This document shows positions 8,831-19,007 of a DNA stretch of 42,479 bases, piece by piece. Location of the stretch: sequence record SRR31156797_4835, one strand, 5' to 3'. Position 1 is the stretch's first letter. Every line of letters begins with the position of its first letter. Made by a program: the position numbers and the translations under genes. The notes under the pieces were generated by a model. That model was not told the origin of the DNA. It saw nothing but the letters and a program-made list of their open reading frames with translations, and made no database searches.

Positions 8831-11800
8831 TTACCTGACAAGCAGTTTTTGCACGGTTGTGTGATCCTCTTTGATTATCAGGTAGTAAACTCCGGGTGTA
8901 ACTTTGATCCGGATGTTAAACTCCTCACCCGCCTGAAGATTTACTCCGTTCATTGCGTATATTTCCTTTCCATAGATATCTAAAACGGAAATTGCAGCAT
9001 CAGCCAGTTTCTGCGCTGAAATGATGGAGAAAGTACCATTGGAAGGATTTGGATAAATAGTAATTTTCGCCTCAAACTCCGAAATTCCGGTACAGGCATC
9101 CACATAAATGTTTTGATCCGCAAAGTTTTCACAGCCAAACTCATCAGTGTAAGTATAAGTGATTGTGTGATTTCCAATTCCAGCCGTTTCGGGATGAAAC
9201 CAGCCATCAGTAACGCCATCGCCTGAATATTCACCGCCTTCGGGGTAGCCTTCGGTAAGCTCATGGGCAGGCCAATCCATGCACATGTTTTCAAGATCAC
9301 CAAAAGACACTTCCGGCAGTTGATGAACGACGATAAAATCGTCCTGGGTGAGGGTTTGTGAATTTCCCGGGTTAGAGACCGTGAGGATAACATCATAACT
9401 TCCGGGTGCATTGTAGGTTACTAAAGGATTTTGCACAGTGGAAGATTCCGGATCACCACCCGGGAATTCCCAGGCCCACTGGGTGACTGTGCCCTGCGAA
9501 AGGTCAGAAAACTGGACGATGCCACTTTCGCAAAAGTCGGTTTGATCTGCCGAAAATTGCGGTGTAATGGTGTTTCCCCCTTCAATCACAATGGTATAAT
9601 CCTCGGTTTCGCCATAGCTGAAAGATCCGCATGGATCTGTTGCGGAATCCAGCCATCGTGCTCTGATACGCATCCGGTGTTCTCCAGGCATAACATTTTG
9701 AGGCACTTCAAATTCGGTGGTATAAACCTGGCCTGAATTATCAATTTCAAAATCTTCAATCAGCATTTCATCCAATGAAAAATCCTTGTCATCATTAAAA
9801 TCGATCCATAAACAGGCATACTGACTGCTGTAACCAGCCTCCCATTCAACCTCATAGCTCAGCCCTGGTGTGAGTATCGTGGACATATCAACGAAATTGC
9901 CATATCCCTCAACGCCATTATCATTGCTACATCCGTTGTTCATGTTGCTGATCTCTTCGAGGGCAAACCCGGTAAAGCCATCGCCAAATGAACAGTTGGC
10001 CGTGGGATAGCAGTAATCCGGGAAACTCAGGTCGATGAATTTGGTTCCGGATACACCGACATCACCCGCATAATCAAAGTTAAGTGTGCTCACATGGCCG
10101 GCTGGTGTGATCTCTTCCGCTGAGATTTCAAAAGTGGCGGAGGCTGTTTCACCAATGGGTAAATCGCCCATTGTCTGGGGTTCTGTTGTAAGAATGGTTA
10201 CATATGTGTCATCGGTACTAAGCTCTCCTGTCAAATTTGTTGCATCTTCGGTTCCTATATTTTTTAGCGTTATGATGATTTCGCCCGTTTCACCCGGATC
10301 AAGCTGTCCGTTGTTGTTTCCATTTTCATCATTGATCACAAAACCTTCCATCAGGATATATGGCCCTGATATCGAACTCATCGCTTGTACAGCATCCAGG
10401 TCGAACCCGGCATCGGCTTCGTTGCTGCCATCCCCATCATCTTTGATCCTGAAATATCGTGCTTCACCGATGGTTGAATTTTCCAGATCGAACTCAGAAG
10501 TTCCATTACCGGTACCAATGAGTTCCCAGGGGCCATCAATGCCCGGCCCGGCATACAGTTCGAACCCCTCGTTTGTGGCATCGCCTTCAAAAACGATAAT
10601 GTCACTGCCTGTACCATTCAACACCAGTTCCTGCATATCGAAAACCATCCAGCCGTTTTTCCCCATCGAATAAAACAGATTGTCCGGCGGGCCAATCACA
10701 TCCCAGGACGGTTGTTCATGCAAAGAACTGGCAGAAGGCCTTTGCGAAGCACAAACCTGGTAAATGCTCTGGTGTTCCTCCGGTTCGAGCTGAATATCAA
10801 GTGTAGTCACATCCAGGTTTTCAATGGTAACATTAGGGATGATCTGGGTTTGGTAGCCATTTGCTTTAACTTTAATATTATAGGTTCCTCCAACCACAAA
10901 TTTGTGATAATCGCCAACCTCAGGGTCGCTGAAACAGGTCATTTTATTACCAACATAAATCACGGCTGGCAGAGGATCTCCCGTCTGCACATCCGTAACC
11001 ATTCCCTGAATTCCATAGCCTGCATATTTTATCAGGTTTACGCTTGGCTCCAGGTTGATATTGAAATAATACCCGATCTCGGATGCCGGTGGTTGTTTGT
11101 CGTATGAAAGTTCCATCACAATGCCATGAGAGCCTTTTACACCGTAATAGGATTCCGCGGTACTGCCGGTGGTTGGATAGAGTGATGTTCCGGGGCCTGT
11201 TTCCAGATTCGTATATCCCGAAGTTGATGCGTACATGTCCGCAAGTACTTCCTCTTCATCGATATCAGGGCAGGGGACTTCATAAAAATACCATGGATGC
11301 AAATACATGACGATGCCACTGTGGAGGGTCATGTGGATGGAAAACTGGTTGTCGAGCACCATCTGTCTAAGTGCTTTCGTTTCGGGCTGCGAATAAGGCC
11401 CGGGACTGCTTCCCTCGCCATTCCAAATATAGCCCCAGTCGCGGTTGAGGTCAACACCATTATTATTGTAACGCGAAAGGTTTTCCCTGCCATCGGGATT
11501 TACCATCGGGAATATCCATATTTCACGGTTATTGACCAGGTCAACTATTTCGGGGTTGTTCAGCTCGTACTGCTGGCAAATCCAGCGTGCAAACCGGATC
11601 ATGTTTTCGCCGCCGCCAATCTCATTGCCATGAATGTTGCCATCGAAGCCGATCTCCGCTTCAGGCTCATTAATTTGAACATTATCACTAATTTTAAGGG
11701 CTGAAAGTTCCCTTCCACCCACTGATTCACCATAAACAGTTTTAATGACCAGTTCCGGCAGGGCGTCTGCCAGACTGTCCATCACATAAATAATCTCTTC

Positions 11801-12118
11801 ATACGTGTGATAGGCATCGCGGGTTTCCCAAAAGCCTTCATAATAAGCGTTTAGGTTTTCTTTGGTGATTTCAAAATCCAGGCCTGCATGTTTCACCAGG
11901 TCCCGTTCAGCAGGTGTCACATACATCAGGGCATAATCGGTGTAAATATCGCCGTTTAACCGGAGATCGTATAGCGTTTGTGCGTTTTTCGGATCCTGAA
12001 AATCAACCCTGATTTCCATTTCATGATCCCGCCAGCCCTGGGCAGTTGTCGGAATAAAAAAAGTAAAGAGTAAAGCAAGTGTTAAAGTAATTTTGAGTAG
12101 TTGAGTAATGCGCTTCAT
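8831..12118 (-). CDS. M14 zinc carboxypeptidase with carboxypeptidase-regulatory, GEVED and PKD domains and T9SS CTD
   Basis: IHGNE, PMVNPDG, DLNRDW, TLHS and catalytic-like MEL; YGETEDY (GEVED), WAWEFPGG (PKD), IYPNP...KLLVR (T9SS type A). Confidence 0.9.
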   Translation of the reverse strand: MKRITQLLKITLTLALLFTFFIPTTAQGWRDHEMEIRVDFQDPKNAQTLYDLRLNGDIYTDYALMYVTPAERDLVKHAGLDFEITKENLNAYYEGFWETRDAYHTYEEIIYVMDSLADALPELVIKTVYGESVGGRELSALKISDNVQINEPEAEIGFDGNIHGNEIGGGENMIRFARWICQQYELNNPEIVDLVNNREIWIFPMVNPDGRENLSRYNNNGVDLNRDWGYIWNGEGSSPGPYSQPETKALRQMVLDNQFSIHMTLHSGIVMYLHPWYFYEVPCPDIDEEEVLADMYASTSGYTNLETGPGTSLYPTTGSTAESYYGVKGSHGIVMELSYDKQPPASEIGYYFNINLEPSVNLIKYAGYGIQGMVTDVQTGDPLPAVIYVGNKMTCFSDPEVGDYHKFVVGGTYNIKVKANGYQTQIIPNVTIENLDVTTLDIQLEPEEHQSIYQVCASQRPSASSLHEQPSWDVIGPPDNLFYSMGKNGWMVFDMQELVLNGTGSDIIVFEGDATNEGFELYAGPGIDGPWELIGTGNGTSEFDLENSTIGEARYFRIKDDGDGSNEADAGFDLDAVQAMSSISGPYILMEGFVINDENGNNNGQLDPGETGEIIITLKNIGTEDATNLTGELSTDDTYVTILTTEPQTMGDLPIGETASATFEISAEEITPAGHVSTLNFDYAGDVGVSGTKFIDLSFPDYCYPTANCSFGDGFTGFALEEISNMNNGCSNDNGVEGYGNFVDMSTILTPGLSYEVEWEAGYSSQYACLWIDFNDDKDFSLDEMLIEDFEIDNSGQVYTTEFEVPQNVMPGEHRMRIRARWLDSATDPCGSFSYGETEDYTIVIEGGNTITPQFSADQTDFCESGIVQFSDLSQGTVTQWAWEFPGGDPESSTVQNPLVTYNAPGSYDVILTVSNPGNSQTLTQDDFIVVHQLPEVSFGDLENMCMDWPAHELTEGYPEGGEYSGDGVTDGWFHPETAGIGNHTITYTYTDEFGCENFADQNIYVDACTGISEFEAKITIYPNPSNGTFSIISAQKLADAAISVLDIYGKEIYAMNGVNLQAGEEFNIRIKVTPGVYYLIIKEDHTTVQKLLVR

Positions 12119-12306
12119 TTTGTTTGATTTTTGAATTGAATGATCGTGTTTTTGAATGAATTGCGAATATAAGCCTTTTGGATTAGGTGACTGATTTTCA
12201 ACGATGGTTATTTCGTTTTAGCGTATTTTCCATAGCCCAAAAGTTAAAACCTAATATTCCCCAATCTTTTTTTTACCTTTGAGTACTTAATTAAAACCTT
12301 ATAGAT

Positions 12307-15300
12307 GTGAAACGAACTTTGCTATTTATTTTATTAATTGTGCCCTTTTTCATGCAGGCCCAATCCACAGGTGATACCATTATAATCCAAACCATTGATT
12401 ATTCCCAAACATTTACGCCCAACGGCAGGGACACCATAATCCAGTTTCCGGATAACCCCGGGCAGACTTATGAAAAGATCATCATGGCCTACAACATGCG
12501 CTGCAAGGACGGCAATGTGTCAGTGCCCGGAAATACAAATGTTGGATGTGGCGAATGGGATTATAAATGCAATACCTATATCACCGATTCGTCCAGGGTG
12601 GATTCCGTGATCAATTATTTGTCTTCCCACAATATTACGCATTTTCCAGGCGACACCTTTTACTATACCAACGGGGCGGTAAACAACTATTACCAGCATC
12701 TGCAGATGAATGTAGAGGTGGATAATATCCTCTCCGAAGCTCAGTCTACGGTTGGTTCGGGTAATCTGAACCTGGCTCCGGTGATCAATGCCGATAAACA
12801 TTCCGGGAAATCACAATATCTTTTTACAGCAGCCGAACTTGCTACTGCGGGAGCAACGACAGGCAACATTGATGGTGTTTTACTTGATGCCACCGGGAAC
12901 AGCGAGGTGGATTATTTGCGTGTAAAAATGAAACATACAGCAGCAGATGTATTAAATGCTTCTGAACCTGACACATCAGGATTTACGGAAGTCTTTTTCC
13001 AGGATTTTACTTTTGAAACCGGCCTAAATCGTATCCAGTTTTATGAGCCTTTTGACTGGAATGGATCATCAAATGTGCTGATTGAGTTCTCATTTACCAA
13101 TGCCGAAAATTCAGCGCCTTTAACCATCAAAGGTGAGGAGACCGGAGACTTTCACGGAATTTTTGTAAACAACGGAACCCACCTTTACAATGATGTTGGA
13201 TACCTGGATGTTCCTGCTGAGCCCATGTCGAATATTTCAAATGAAATTACTGTCTCGTTCTGGACTTATGGCAGTGCCGAATTTCTGCCTGCACCAACCA
13301 CCATCATTAGCGGTGTGGATGCCGATAACAACCGCCAGCTCAACATTCACCTACCCTGGAGCAATTCTTCGGTTTATTTCGATTGTGGTTTTGATGGCGG
13401 CTATGATCGCATAGATAAAGCGGCGACACCTGATGAAATTAAAGGCAGATGGAACCATTGGGCATTCACAAAAAATGCAATAAGCGGCGAAATGAAGATA
13501 TTCCTCAATGGAGAATTGTGGCACTCAGGAACCGGAAAAACCATCCCGATCAACATCCAGGATCTGATTATTGGAGATATCCACAGCCACAACCGGAATT
13601 ATTATGGGAAAATTGACGAATGGAGAATTTGGAGCAAAGCATTAGATCACTCAACAATCCAGGAGTGGATGAATGTTGGCCTTAACGAATCACATCCCAA
13701 CTATGATAATCTTGTAGCTTACTATCGTTTTGATGAAGGAACAGGTGAAACCACCGGCGATGATTCCCCTTTTGGTGAAACAGCCCAGATCCATGATTAT
13801 ATAAGCTGGGGTTTTGAACATGGAAACGACCTTGTAAGGGGCTTCCAGGCTGTTATGCAACGGCCGAATGTTACATTCCTGCAAGGCGAATATGAACTCA
13901 CAATCACCGAAAATATCGTTACAGAAGCCATTGAGAAAATCATGAACAATGTCACAGAATACGACATTATCCCAAGATACGGAACCATGCTTGACGACAG
14001 TATTCATGAAGTTTTCTCGGAATTGTACCACCAGGCAGGAACGGAATATACATATGATCCTGAAGGTGTGATTATTGACTCCACAGAAGTTGCAGCCTCA
14101 GGCTATTTTGCCATTTCTGAATTGAATTATTTCAAACGCTACCCTTGCAAATATGAGATTATGTCGTTTGTAACACCTTACGGGATTTACCTTGATCTTG
14201 GTATGGAAGGCAAAACATGGTTATTTGACGTAACCGACTTTGCACCAGTACTGAAAGGCTGGAAACGACTGAGCGTTGAATTGGGTGGCCAGCGCCAGGA
14301 AGATATGGATATTCAGTTCTGGTATATTTTGGGGACACCTCCACAGGATGTACTCGACATCAACCAAATTTGGCGAGCATCGAGTAATAATTACACCAAC
14401 CTGATGAATGATCGCGCTTTTGAGCCACGAGCGTTTTATTTCAGCCCTGATGGCGAAGCCTTTAAGGTACGATCGGTAATAACCGGCCACGGTCAGCAGG
14501 GCGAATTTACCCAACGCTGGCACAGCCTCAACATCAACGGCGACATCCCGGAATTTGAATGGAAAGTCTGGACCGAATGTTCTACAGTGCCCATTTACCC
14601 ACAGGGCGGAACCTGGATTTTCGACCGGGCAGGCTGGTGCCCCGGCGATCCAAGTGACCTTTACGAATATGACATCACCGAATTTGTAACTCCGGGGCAA
14701 ACACACACCATCGACTATAACCTGACCTACGCTTCGGGAACTTCAAATTACCAGGTAAGCAATCAGTTGGTAACTTACGGTGCGCCAAACTTCAGCAACG
14801 ATGCAGCGGTGGTTATGGTGAACAAACCCAACAGCGAAAATGCCGCTTTCGAGCGTTTCAATCCGGCATGCAGTTATCCTGTAGCCGTCATTAAAAATAT
14901 CGGCGAAAATACACTAACAAGCCTCACCATTGAATATTCAGCAAACAACAATGCGCCTATGATACTAGATTGGACCGGCTCACTTGCATTTTTGGAAACC
15001 GAAGAAGTGGAGTTGCCCATTACCGATTACGATTTCTGGGCCGGCGATAACAACATGTTTACAGTAACAATAAGCGATCCCAATGGCCAGGCTGACGAAT
15101 ATGAGTACAATAACAGCTACACCACAACTTTTTCCACTGTTGATTTGTATGACGTTTCCGACACCTACACCATCGAATGCATGACCAACAATCAGGGTTA
15201 CCAGACATCCTACTCGCTCACCGATCTGGACGGTAATGAGATCCTTTATATGGACGATCTGGAAAATGCCACCTTGTATTCCAATGATGTGAATCTTGAG

Positions 15301-15756
15301 TTGGGATGCTATCAGCTGCGTATTGACGATACCGGCGATAACGGGCTTTATTTCTGGTACACGCCCAACTATGGATCAGGTTATTTCAGGATCAAAGACA
15401 GCAACGGAACTGTGCTTTATGCTTTCGAACCAGAGTTTGGCCGCTTTGCCATTTATGAGTTTGGGATCGTGGATTTCACGGGCGTTGAGGAAGCAATGGC
15501 AGAACCAAATGTTGTAACTGTTTACCCGAATCCGGCCACAGATTTTGTACATTTAAATTTTCAGGGACTGGAAGACAATCTGGTGGATGCCCGTATTTTT
15601 GATGCCAATATGAACCAGGTTTATGAAAGCCGGATTTGTGTGGATGGCCATGATTTCACAGAAAGTATTTCGTTGGAAAAGTATCCATCCGGCGTTTATT
15701 TTCTGGAACTGGAATACAATGGGAAGAAATCTTTGAAGAAGGTTGTGAAGAAATAA
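12307..15756 (+). CDS. Peptide-N-glycosidase F-related protein with inserted LamG domain and T9SS CTD
   Basis: GCGEWDY, YEIMSFVTPYG, ITGHG...EF and WIFDRAGWCPG (PNGase F family); WNHWAFT/GKIDEWRIW (LamG); VYPNP...KKVVKK. GTG start; TACCTTTG at 12274-12281. Confidence 0.85.
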   Translation: MKRTLLFILLIVPFFMQAQSTGDTIIIQTIDYSQTFTPNGRDTIIQFPDNPGQTYEKIIMAYNMRCKDGNVSVPGNTNVGCGEWDYKCNTYITDSSRVDSVINYLSSHNITHFPGDTFYYTNGAVNNYYQHLQMNVEVDNILSEAQSTVGSGNLNLAPVINADKHSGKSQYLFTAAELATAGATTGNIDGVLLDATGNSEVDYLRVKMKHTAADVLNASEPDTSGFTEVFFQDFTFETGLNRIQFYEPFDWNGSSNVLIEFSFTNAENSAPLTIKGEETGDFHGIFVNNGTHLYNDVGYLDVPAEPMSNISNEITVSFWTYGSAEFLPAPTTIISGVDADNNRQLNIHLPWSNSSVYFDCGFDGGYDRIDKAATPDEIKGRWNHWAFTKNAISGEMKIFLNGELWHSGTGKTIPINIQDLIIGDIHSHNRNYYGKIDEWRIWSKALDHSTIQEWMNVGLNESHPNYDNLVAYYRFDEGTGETTGDDSPFGETAQIHDYISWGFEHGNDLVRGFQAVMQRPNVTFLQGEYELTITENIVTEAIEKIMNNVTEYDIIPRYGTMLDDSIHEVFSELYHQAGTEYTYDPEGVIIDSTEVAASGYFAISELNYFKRYPCKYEIMSFVTPYGIYLDLGMEGKTWLFDVTDFAPVLKGWKRLSVELGGQRQEDMDIQFWYILGTPPQDVLDINQIWRASSNNYTNLMNDRAFEPRAFYFSPDGEAFKVRSVITGHGQQGEFTQRWHSLNINGDIPEFEWKVWTECSTVPIYPQGGTWIFDRAGWCPGDPSDLYEYDITEFVTPGQTHTIDYNLTYASGTSNYQVSNQLVTYGAPNFSNDAAVVMVNKPNSENAAFERFNPACSYPVAVIKNIGENTLTSLTIEYSANNNAPMILDWTGSLAFLETEEVELPITDYDFWAGDNNMFTVTISDPNGQADEYEYNNSYTTTFSTVDLYDVSDTYTIECMTNNQGYQTSYSLTDLDGNEILYMDDLENATLYSNDVNLELGCYQLRIDDTGDNGLYFWYTPNYGSGYFRIKDSNGTVLYAFEPEFGRFAIYEFGIVDFTGVEEAMAEPNVVTVYPNPATDFVHLNFQGLEDNLVDARIFDANMNQVYESRICVDGHDFTESISLEKYPSGVYFLELEYNGKKSLKKVVKK

Positions 15757-15807
15757 CTCCTGTGTTTTCATTGAAACAGTGCTTTTATTAAAATATATTT
15801 GAAACCT

Positions 15808-15897
15808 GCTTAGTGCAGCTTAGTGAACTTTGTGACTTAGTGGTATTGTTTTAAATTCCACCACAAAGGCATTTAGGTCACATTAGTCACACTAAGG
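15808..15897. repeat. Degenerate palindromic intergenic repeat (CTT(A/T)GTG ladder and its ACCACAAAG/CACTAAG mirror)
   Basis: Left arm cttagtg-cag-cttagtg-aa-ctttgtg-a-cttagtggt; right arm accacaaagg-catttagg-tcacattag-tcacactaagg, an imperfect reverse complement. Confidence 0.7.
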
Positions 15898-15942
15898 CCA
15901 AATTACCTGAAAACAGCTAATTTTTGAAGGAATCATGGGCTT

Positions 15943-16023
15943 TGCAATTTCAAAGTTGGAGCCATGTAATTTCAAAGTTAAAGCCATGTAATTTCAAAGT
16001 TGGGAGCTTGTAATTTCAAAGTT
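15943..16023 (+). repeat. Direct repeat array, 22-bp period, about 3.7 copies, core TGYAATTTCAAAGTT
   Basis: tgcaatttcaaagttggagcca / tgtaatttcaaagttaaagcca / tgtaatttcaaagttgggagct / tgtaatttcaaagtt. Confidence 0.95.
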
Positions 16024-16028
16024 ATTGT

Positions 16029-16036
16029 TATATTTG
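16029..16036 (+). promoter_or_regulatory. -7 promoter element (TATATTTG) of the AAA/DUF4143 gene
   Basis: TAnnTTTG 5 nt after the last repeat and 20 nt before the ATG at 16057. Confidence 0.65.
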
Positions 16037-16056
16037 CAGTCTTTAAAAGACTGTAA

Positions 16057-17214
16057 ATGATAGTAAAAAGAACAATCAGACATGAAATTGGTAAGTACCT
16101 GACAAAGTTCCCTGTACTTGCTGTTACCGGACCCAGGCAATCCGGAAAAACAACCCTTCTAAAAAGTGTTTTGCCGGACTATCGGTATGTGAGTTTGGAA
16201 AATCCTGATATGCGGGATTTTGCAACAAATGATCCCAATGGATTTTTAAACGAGTACGACGATAAAGTAATTTTAGATGAAGTTCAGCAAGCCCCTAAAC
16301 TGTTTTCATACATTCAAACCATTGTAGATGAGCAAAAGCAAATGGGACAATTCATCCTTTCAGGCTCACAGAATTTTCATTTGATGGACCGTATAACACA
16401 AAGCCTGGCAGGCCGGCTAGCCATGTTCAAGCTATTCCCCTTTGATTTTGATGAACTTAAAGCTGTCGGGTTATTGGAGGATGATTTTCTGAAAGCAATG
16501 ATAAAAGGATTTTATCCCGCCATATTCGACCGCGAAATACCGTCGGGGAAATATTACCGGAATTATATCCAAACATACATACAGCGGGATGTTAGTGGCC
16601 TGATGGCTATTAAAGATATGCGCCAATTCAGGAATTTTTTGGCGCTGTGTGCTGACCGGTCCGGGCAATTATTAAACCTCAATGCCCTTGCAAAAGATTG
16701 TGGCATAAGCCAGCCAACAGCAAAATCCTGGCTGTCAATTCTCGAAAGCAGCTATATTATTTTCCTGCTGCACCCTTACTATGTAAATTTCAGTAAGCGG
16801 GTTATTAAATCCCCAAAATTATATTTCTACGACACAGGTTTGCTTTCACATCTCCTAAACTTTAGCAATCCCGACCAATTAATCAGTCACACCAAAAAGG
16901 GAAACTTGTTCGAAAACCTAATGATAGCAGAAACAATTAAAAATATGCACCACCAGGATTCTGATGCCGAAATATGGTTTTGGAGAGATTCGGCAGGCCA
17001 TGAAATCGATTTGATTGTGGACGACAGGCAATCCATGAAACTGTGTGAAATTAAAGCTACACAAACCATTATGACGGGTATGTTTAAGGAACTCAATTAT
17101 TTTGAAGAAATATCAGGAAAGCCGAAACTAAAAAAAATAGTTATCTATGCAGGCGATGAAAACCAGAACAGAAGCAATGGAAAAGTTGTTTCGTGGAAGA
17201 GTTTTCAGGCATAA
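16057..17214 (+). CDS. AAA_14 ATPase with DUF4143 (HTH plus PD-(D/E)xK-like) C-terminus
   Basis: Walker A GPRQSGKTT, Walker B ILDEVQ, SLAGR, KSPKLYFYDTGL, GNLFEN, WRDSAGHEIDLIV...EIK. Confidence 0.92.
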   Translation: MIVKRTIRHEIGKYLTKFPVLAVTGPRQSGKTTLLKSVLPDYRYVSLENPDMRDFATNDPNGFLNEYDDKVILDEVQQAPKLFSYIQTIVDEQKQMGQFILSGSQNFHLMDRITQSLAGRLAMFKLFPFDFDELKAVGLLEDDFLKAMIKGFYPAIFDREIPSGKYYRNYIQTYIQRDVSGLMAIKDMRQFRNFLALCADRSGQLLNLNALAKDCGISQPTAKSWLSILESSYIIFLLHPYYVNFSKRVIKSPKLYFYDTGLLSHLLNFSNPDQLISHTKKGNLFENLMIAETIKNMHHQDSDAEIWFWRDSAGHEIDLIVDDRQSMKLCEIKATQTIMTGMFKELNYFEEISGKPKLKKIVIYAGDENQNRSNGKVVSWKSFQA

Positions 17215-17284
17215 ATTAACCCAAAACATCTACATTTGAAGCTATTAGACTTCAATTTAATTGACACAAAGGAAACACAACAAT

Positions 17285-18955
17285 ATGAAAATCAAAACAT
17301 TTACCAGGCTATTTTCAATCGCTATAATTCTAACAGGGCTGGCGGTAAGCAACAGCACCCATTCACAAACCGTGGTTCAATGGTACACCTCCATGGGGGA
17401 TTTCAGGGCGCAGCTCCGGGAGGATTTGGTGCCCATGACGGCACAGAATTTTATCGACCTCACCAATGCCAATTTTTATGATGGATTGATTTTTCACAGG
17501 GTGATCAGCGGATTTATGATCCAGGATGGTTGCCCTTACGGCAATGGTACCGGAGGCCCGGGCTATACCTTTGATGATGAATTCCACCCTGACCTGCGTC
17601 ATGACGAACCCGGCATTTTATCCATGGCCAATTCAGGTCCGAATACCAATGGTTCACAATATTTTATCACGGTGGCTCCCACTGAGTGGCTGGATGATGT
17701 ACATTCGATTTTTGGGAAAATCATCGATGGTATGGAGGTGGTTTACGCCATAAGCGAAGTGCCAACAGATGGAAATGATAAGCCCCTGGTCGATGTGGTA
17801 ATCGACAGTATCAGGGTCGTTACAGGCGATGCACAACTGGCACTGACAGCACCAACCGGAGACACAAAATGGAATTCAGCCGTTGAAAATGAAATTACCT
17901 GGGATAGTGAGTTTGTTGCAGATGTAAAAATTGAGTTTTCTTCGGACAATGGCCAAACCTGGTCTGATGTCGTAGAGTCAGGCTCCGCAAATACCCGCGC
18001 CTATTCATGGAACCCGCCAAATATCACCTCCGAAGAATGCCTTATTAAAATCAGCGATGTGGCCAATCCGGATGTTTTCGACATCAACGATGAGCCTTTT
18101 ACACTTTGCCAACTGGAACTCACGAACCCTTCCGGCTTTACCTATGCACGGGTTGGTTCGCCTTTTGAAGTATCATGGACCAGTGAATTTGTGGATGAAA
18201 TATCGCTGCACTATAAAACCTCTGTTAATGGTGAATGGGTTTTAATTGATGAAGGCATACCCGCTGAAAATGGCTCTTTCATCTGGACGCCTGAGGTTGC
18301 TGCCCAATGGTGCAAAATCCTGATCTCGGAAACCAACTATCCCGAGGTGTATGATGAAACCAACAACTTTTTTATCGTCTTCAGCCTGGATATTGCCTCC
18401 CCAACCGGAGGCGAAAACCTTGAGGGAAACAGCATCCACGAAATTACCTGGGATCATGAAATCATCACTTCAGTGAGGATTGAGTTTTCACCGGACAACC
18501 AGCAAAGCTGGACCACAGTGGTAAACAGCACATCGGCCAATGCCGGAAGTTACGAATGGACAGTGCCGAACATCAGCTCCAGCAATTGCTTCCTGAAACT
18601 AACCATTCCAAATATTCCAGATTTATATTCCATTAACCAAAATCCATTTTCGATTACTGAGGTTGTCGGGGTTGATGATCGAGAAAAATCCATTGAAACC
18701 GGCTTTCAGCTTTCACCAAATCCAGTGATCGATGAGATTATTTTATCTTTTAACAACACCCACCTTTGGAATGGGAATTTAAATGTTGAAATAAGAAATC
18801 TGGAGGGCAAGTTGGTACTTAGCCAAAACATGGGAATAATTGAAGGTGATAACTCTACGAAAACCATTCAATTGGGTGACCTGCCTCAAGGATTGTATGT
18901 GTTAAGGGTATCTTCAGAAAAGGGAAATTCGGTATCGAAGTTTGTGAAGCATTAG
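17285..18955 (+). CDS. Secreted cyclophilin-type peptidyl-prolyl isomerase with Ig-like repeats and T9SS CTD
   Basis: Signal peptide from ATG 17285; FYDGLIFHRVISGFMIQDG, LSMANSGPNTNGSQYFIT; three ITW...IEFS.DN...W repeats; LSPNP...KFVKH. TACATTTG at 17231-17238. Confidence 0.9.
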   Translation: MKIKTFTRLFSIAIILTGLAVSNSTHSQTVVQWYTSMGDFRAQLREDLVPMTAQNFIDLTNANFYDGLIFHRVISGFMIQDGCPYGNGTGGPGYTFDDEFHPDLRHDEPGILSMANSGPNTNGSQYFITVAPTEWLDDVHSIFGKIIDGMEVVYAISEVPTDGNDKPLVDVVIDSIRVVTGDAQLALTAPTGDTKWNSAVENEITWDSEFVADVKIEFSSDNGQTWSDVVESGSANTRAYSWNPPNITSEECLIKISDVANPDVFDINDEPFTLCQLELTNPSGFTYARVGSPFEVSWTSEFVDEISLHYKTSVNGEWVLIDEGIPAENGSFIWTPEVAAQWCKILISETNYPEVYDETNNFFIVFSLDIASPTGGENLEGNSIHEITWDHEIITSVRIEFSPDNQQSWTTVVNSTSANAGSYEWTVPNISSSNCFLKLTIPNIPDLYSINQNPFSITEVVGVDDREKSIETGFQLSPNPVIDEIILSFNNTHLWNGNLNVEIRNLEGKLVLSQNMGIIEGDNSTKTIQLGDLPQGLYVLRVSSEKGNSVSKFVKH

Positions 18956-19007
18956 GCTTACCGGAGTTCATTTGAAAGACTGGTTTCCTACAATATGATT
19001 ATTATTT

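Noticed and set aside
15943-16023. Mini-CRISPR interpretation of the repeat array
   Set aside because: 15-bp cores with 7-nt, mutually similar linkers are far too short for CRISPR repeats and spacers, and there are no cas genes in the window.
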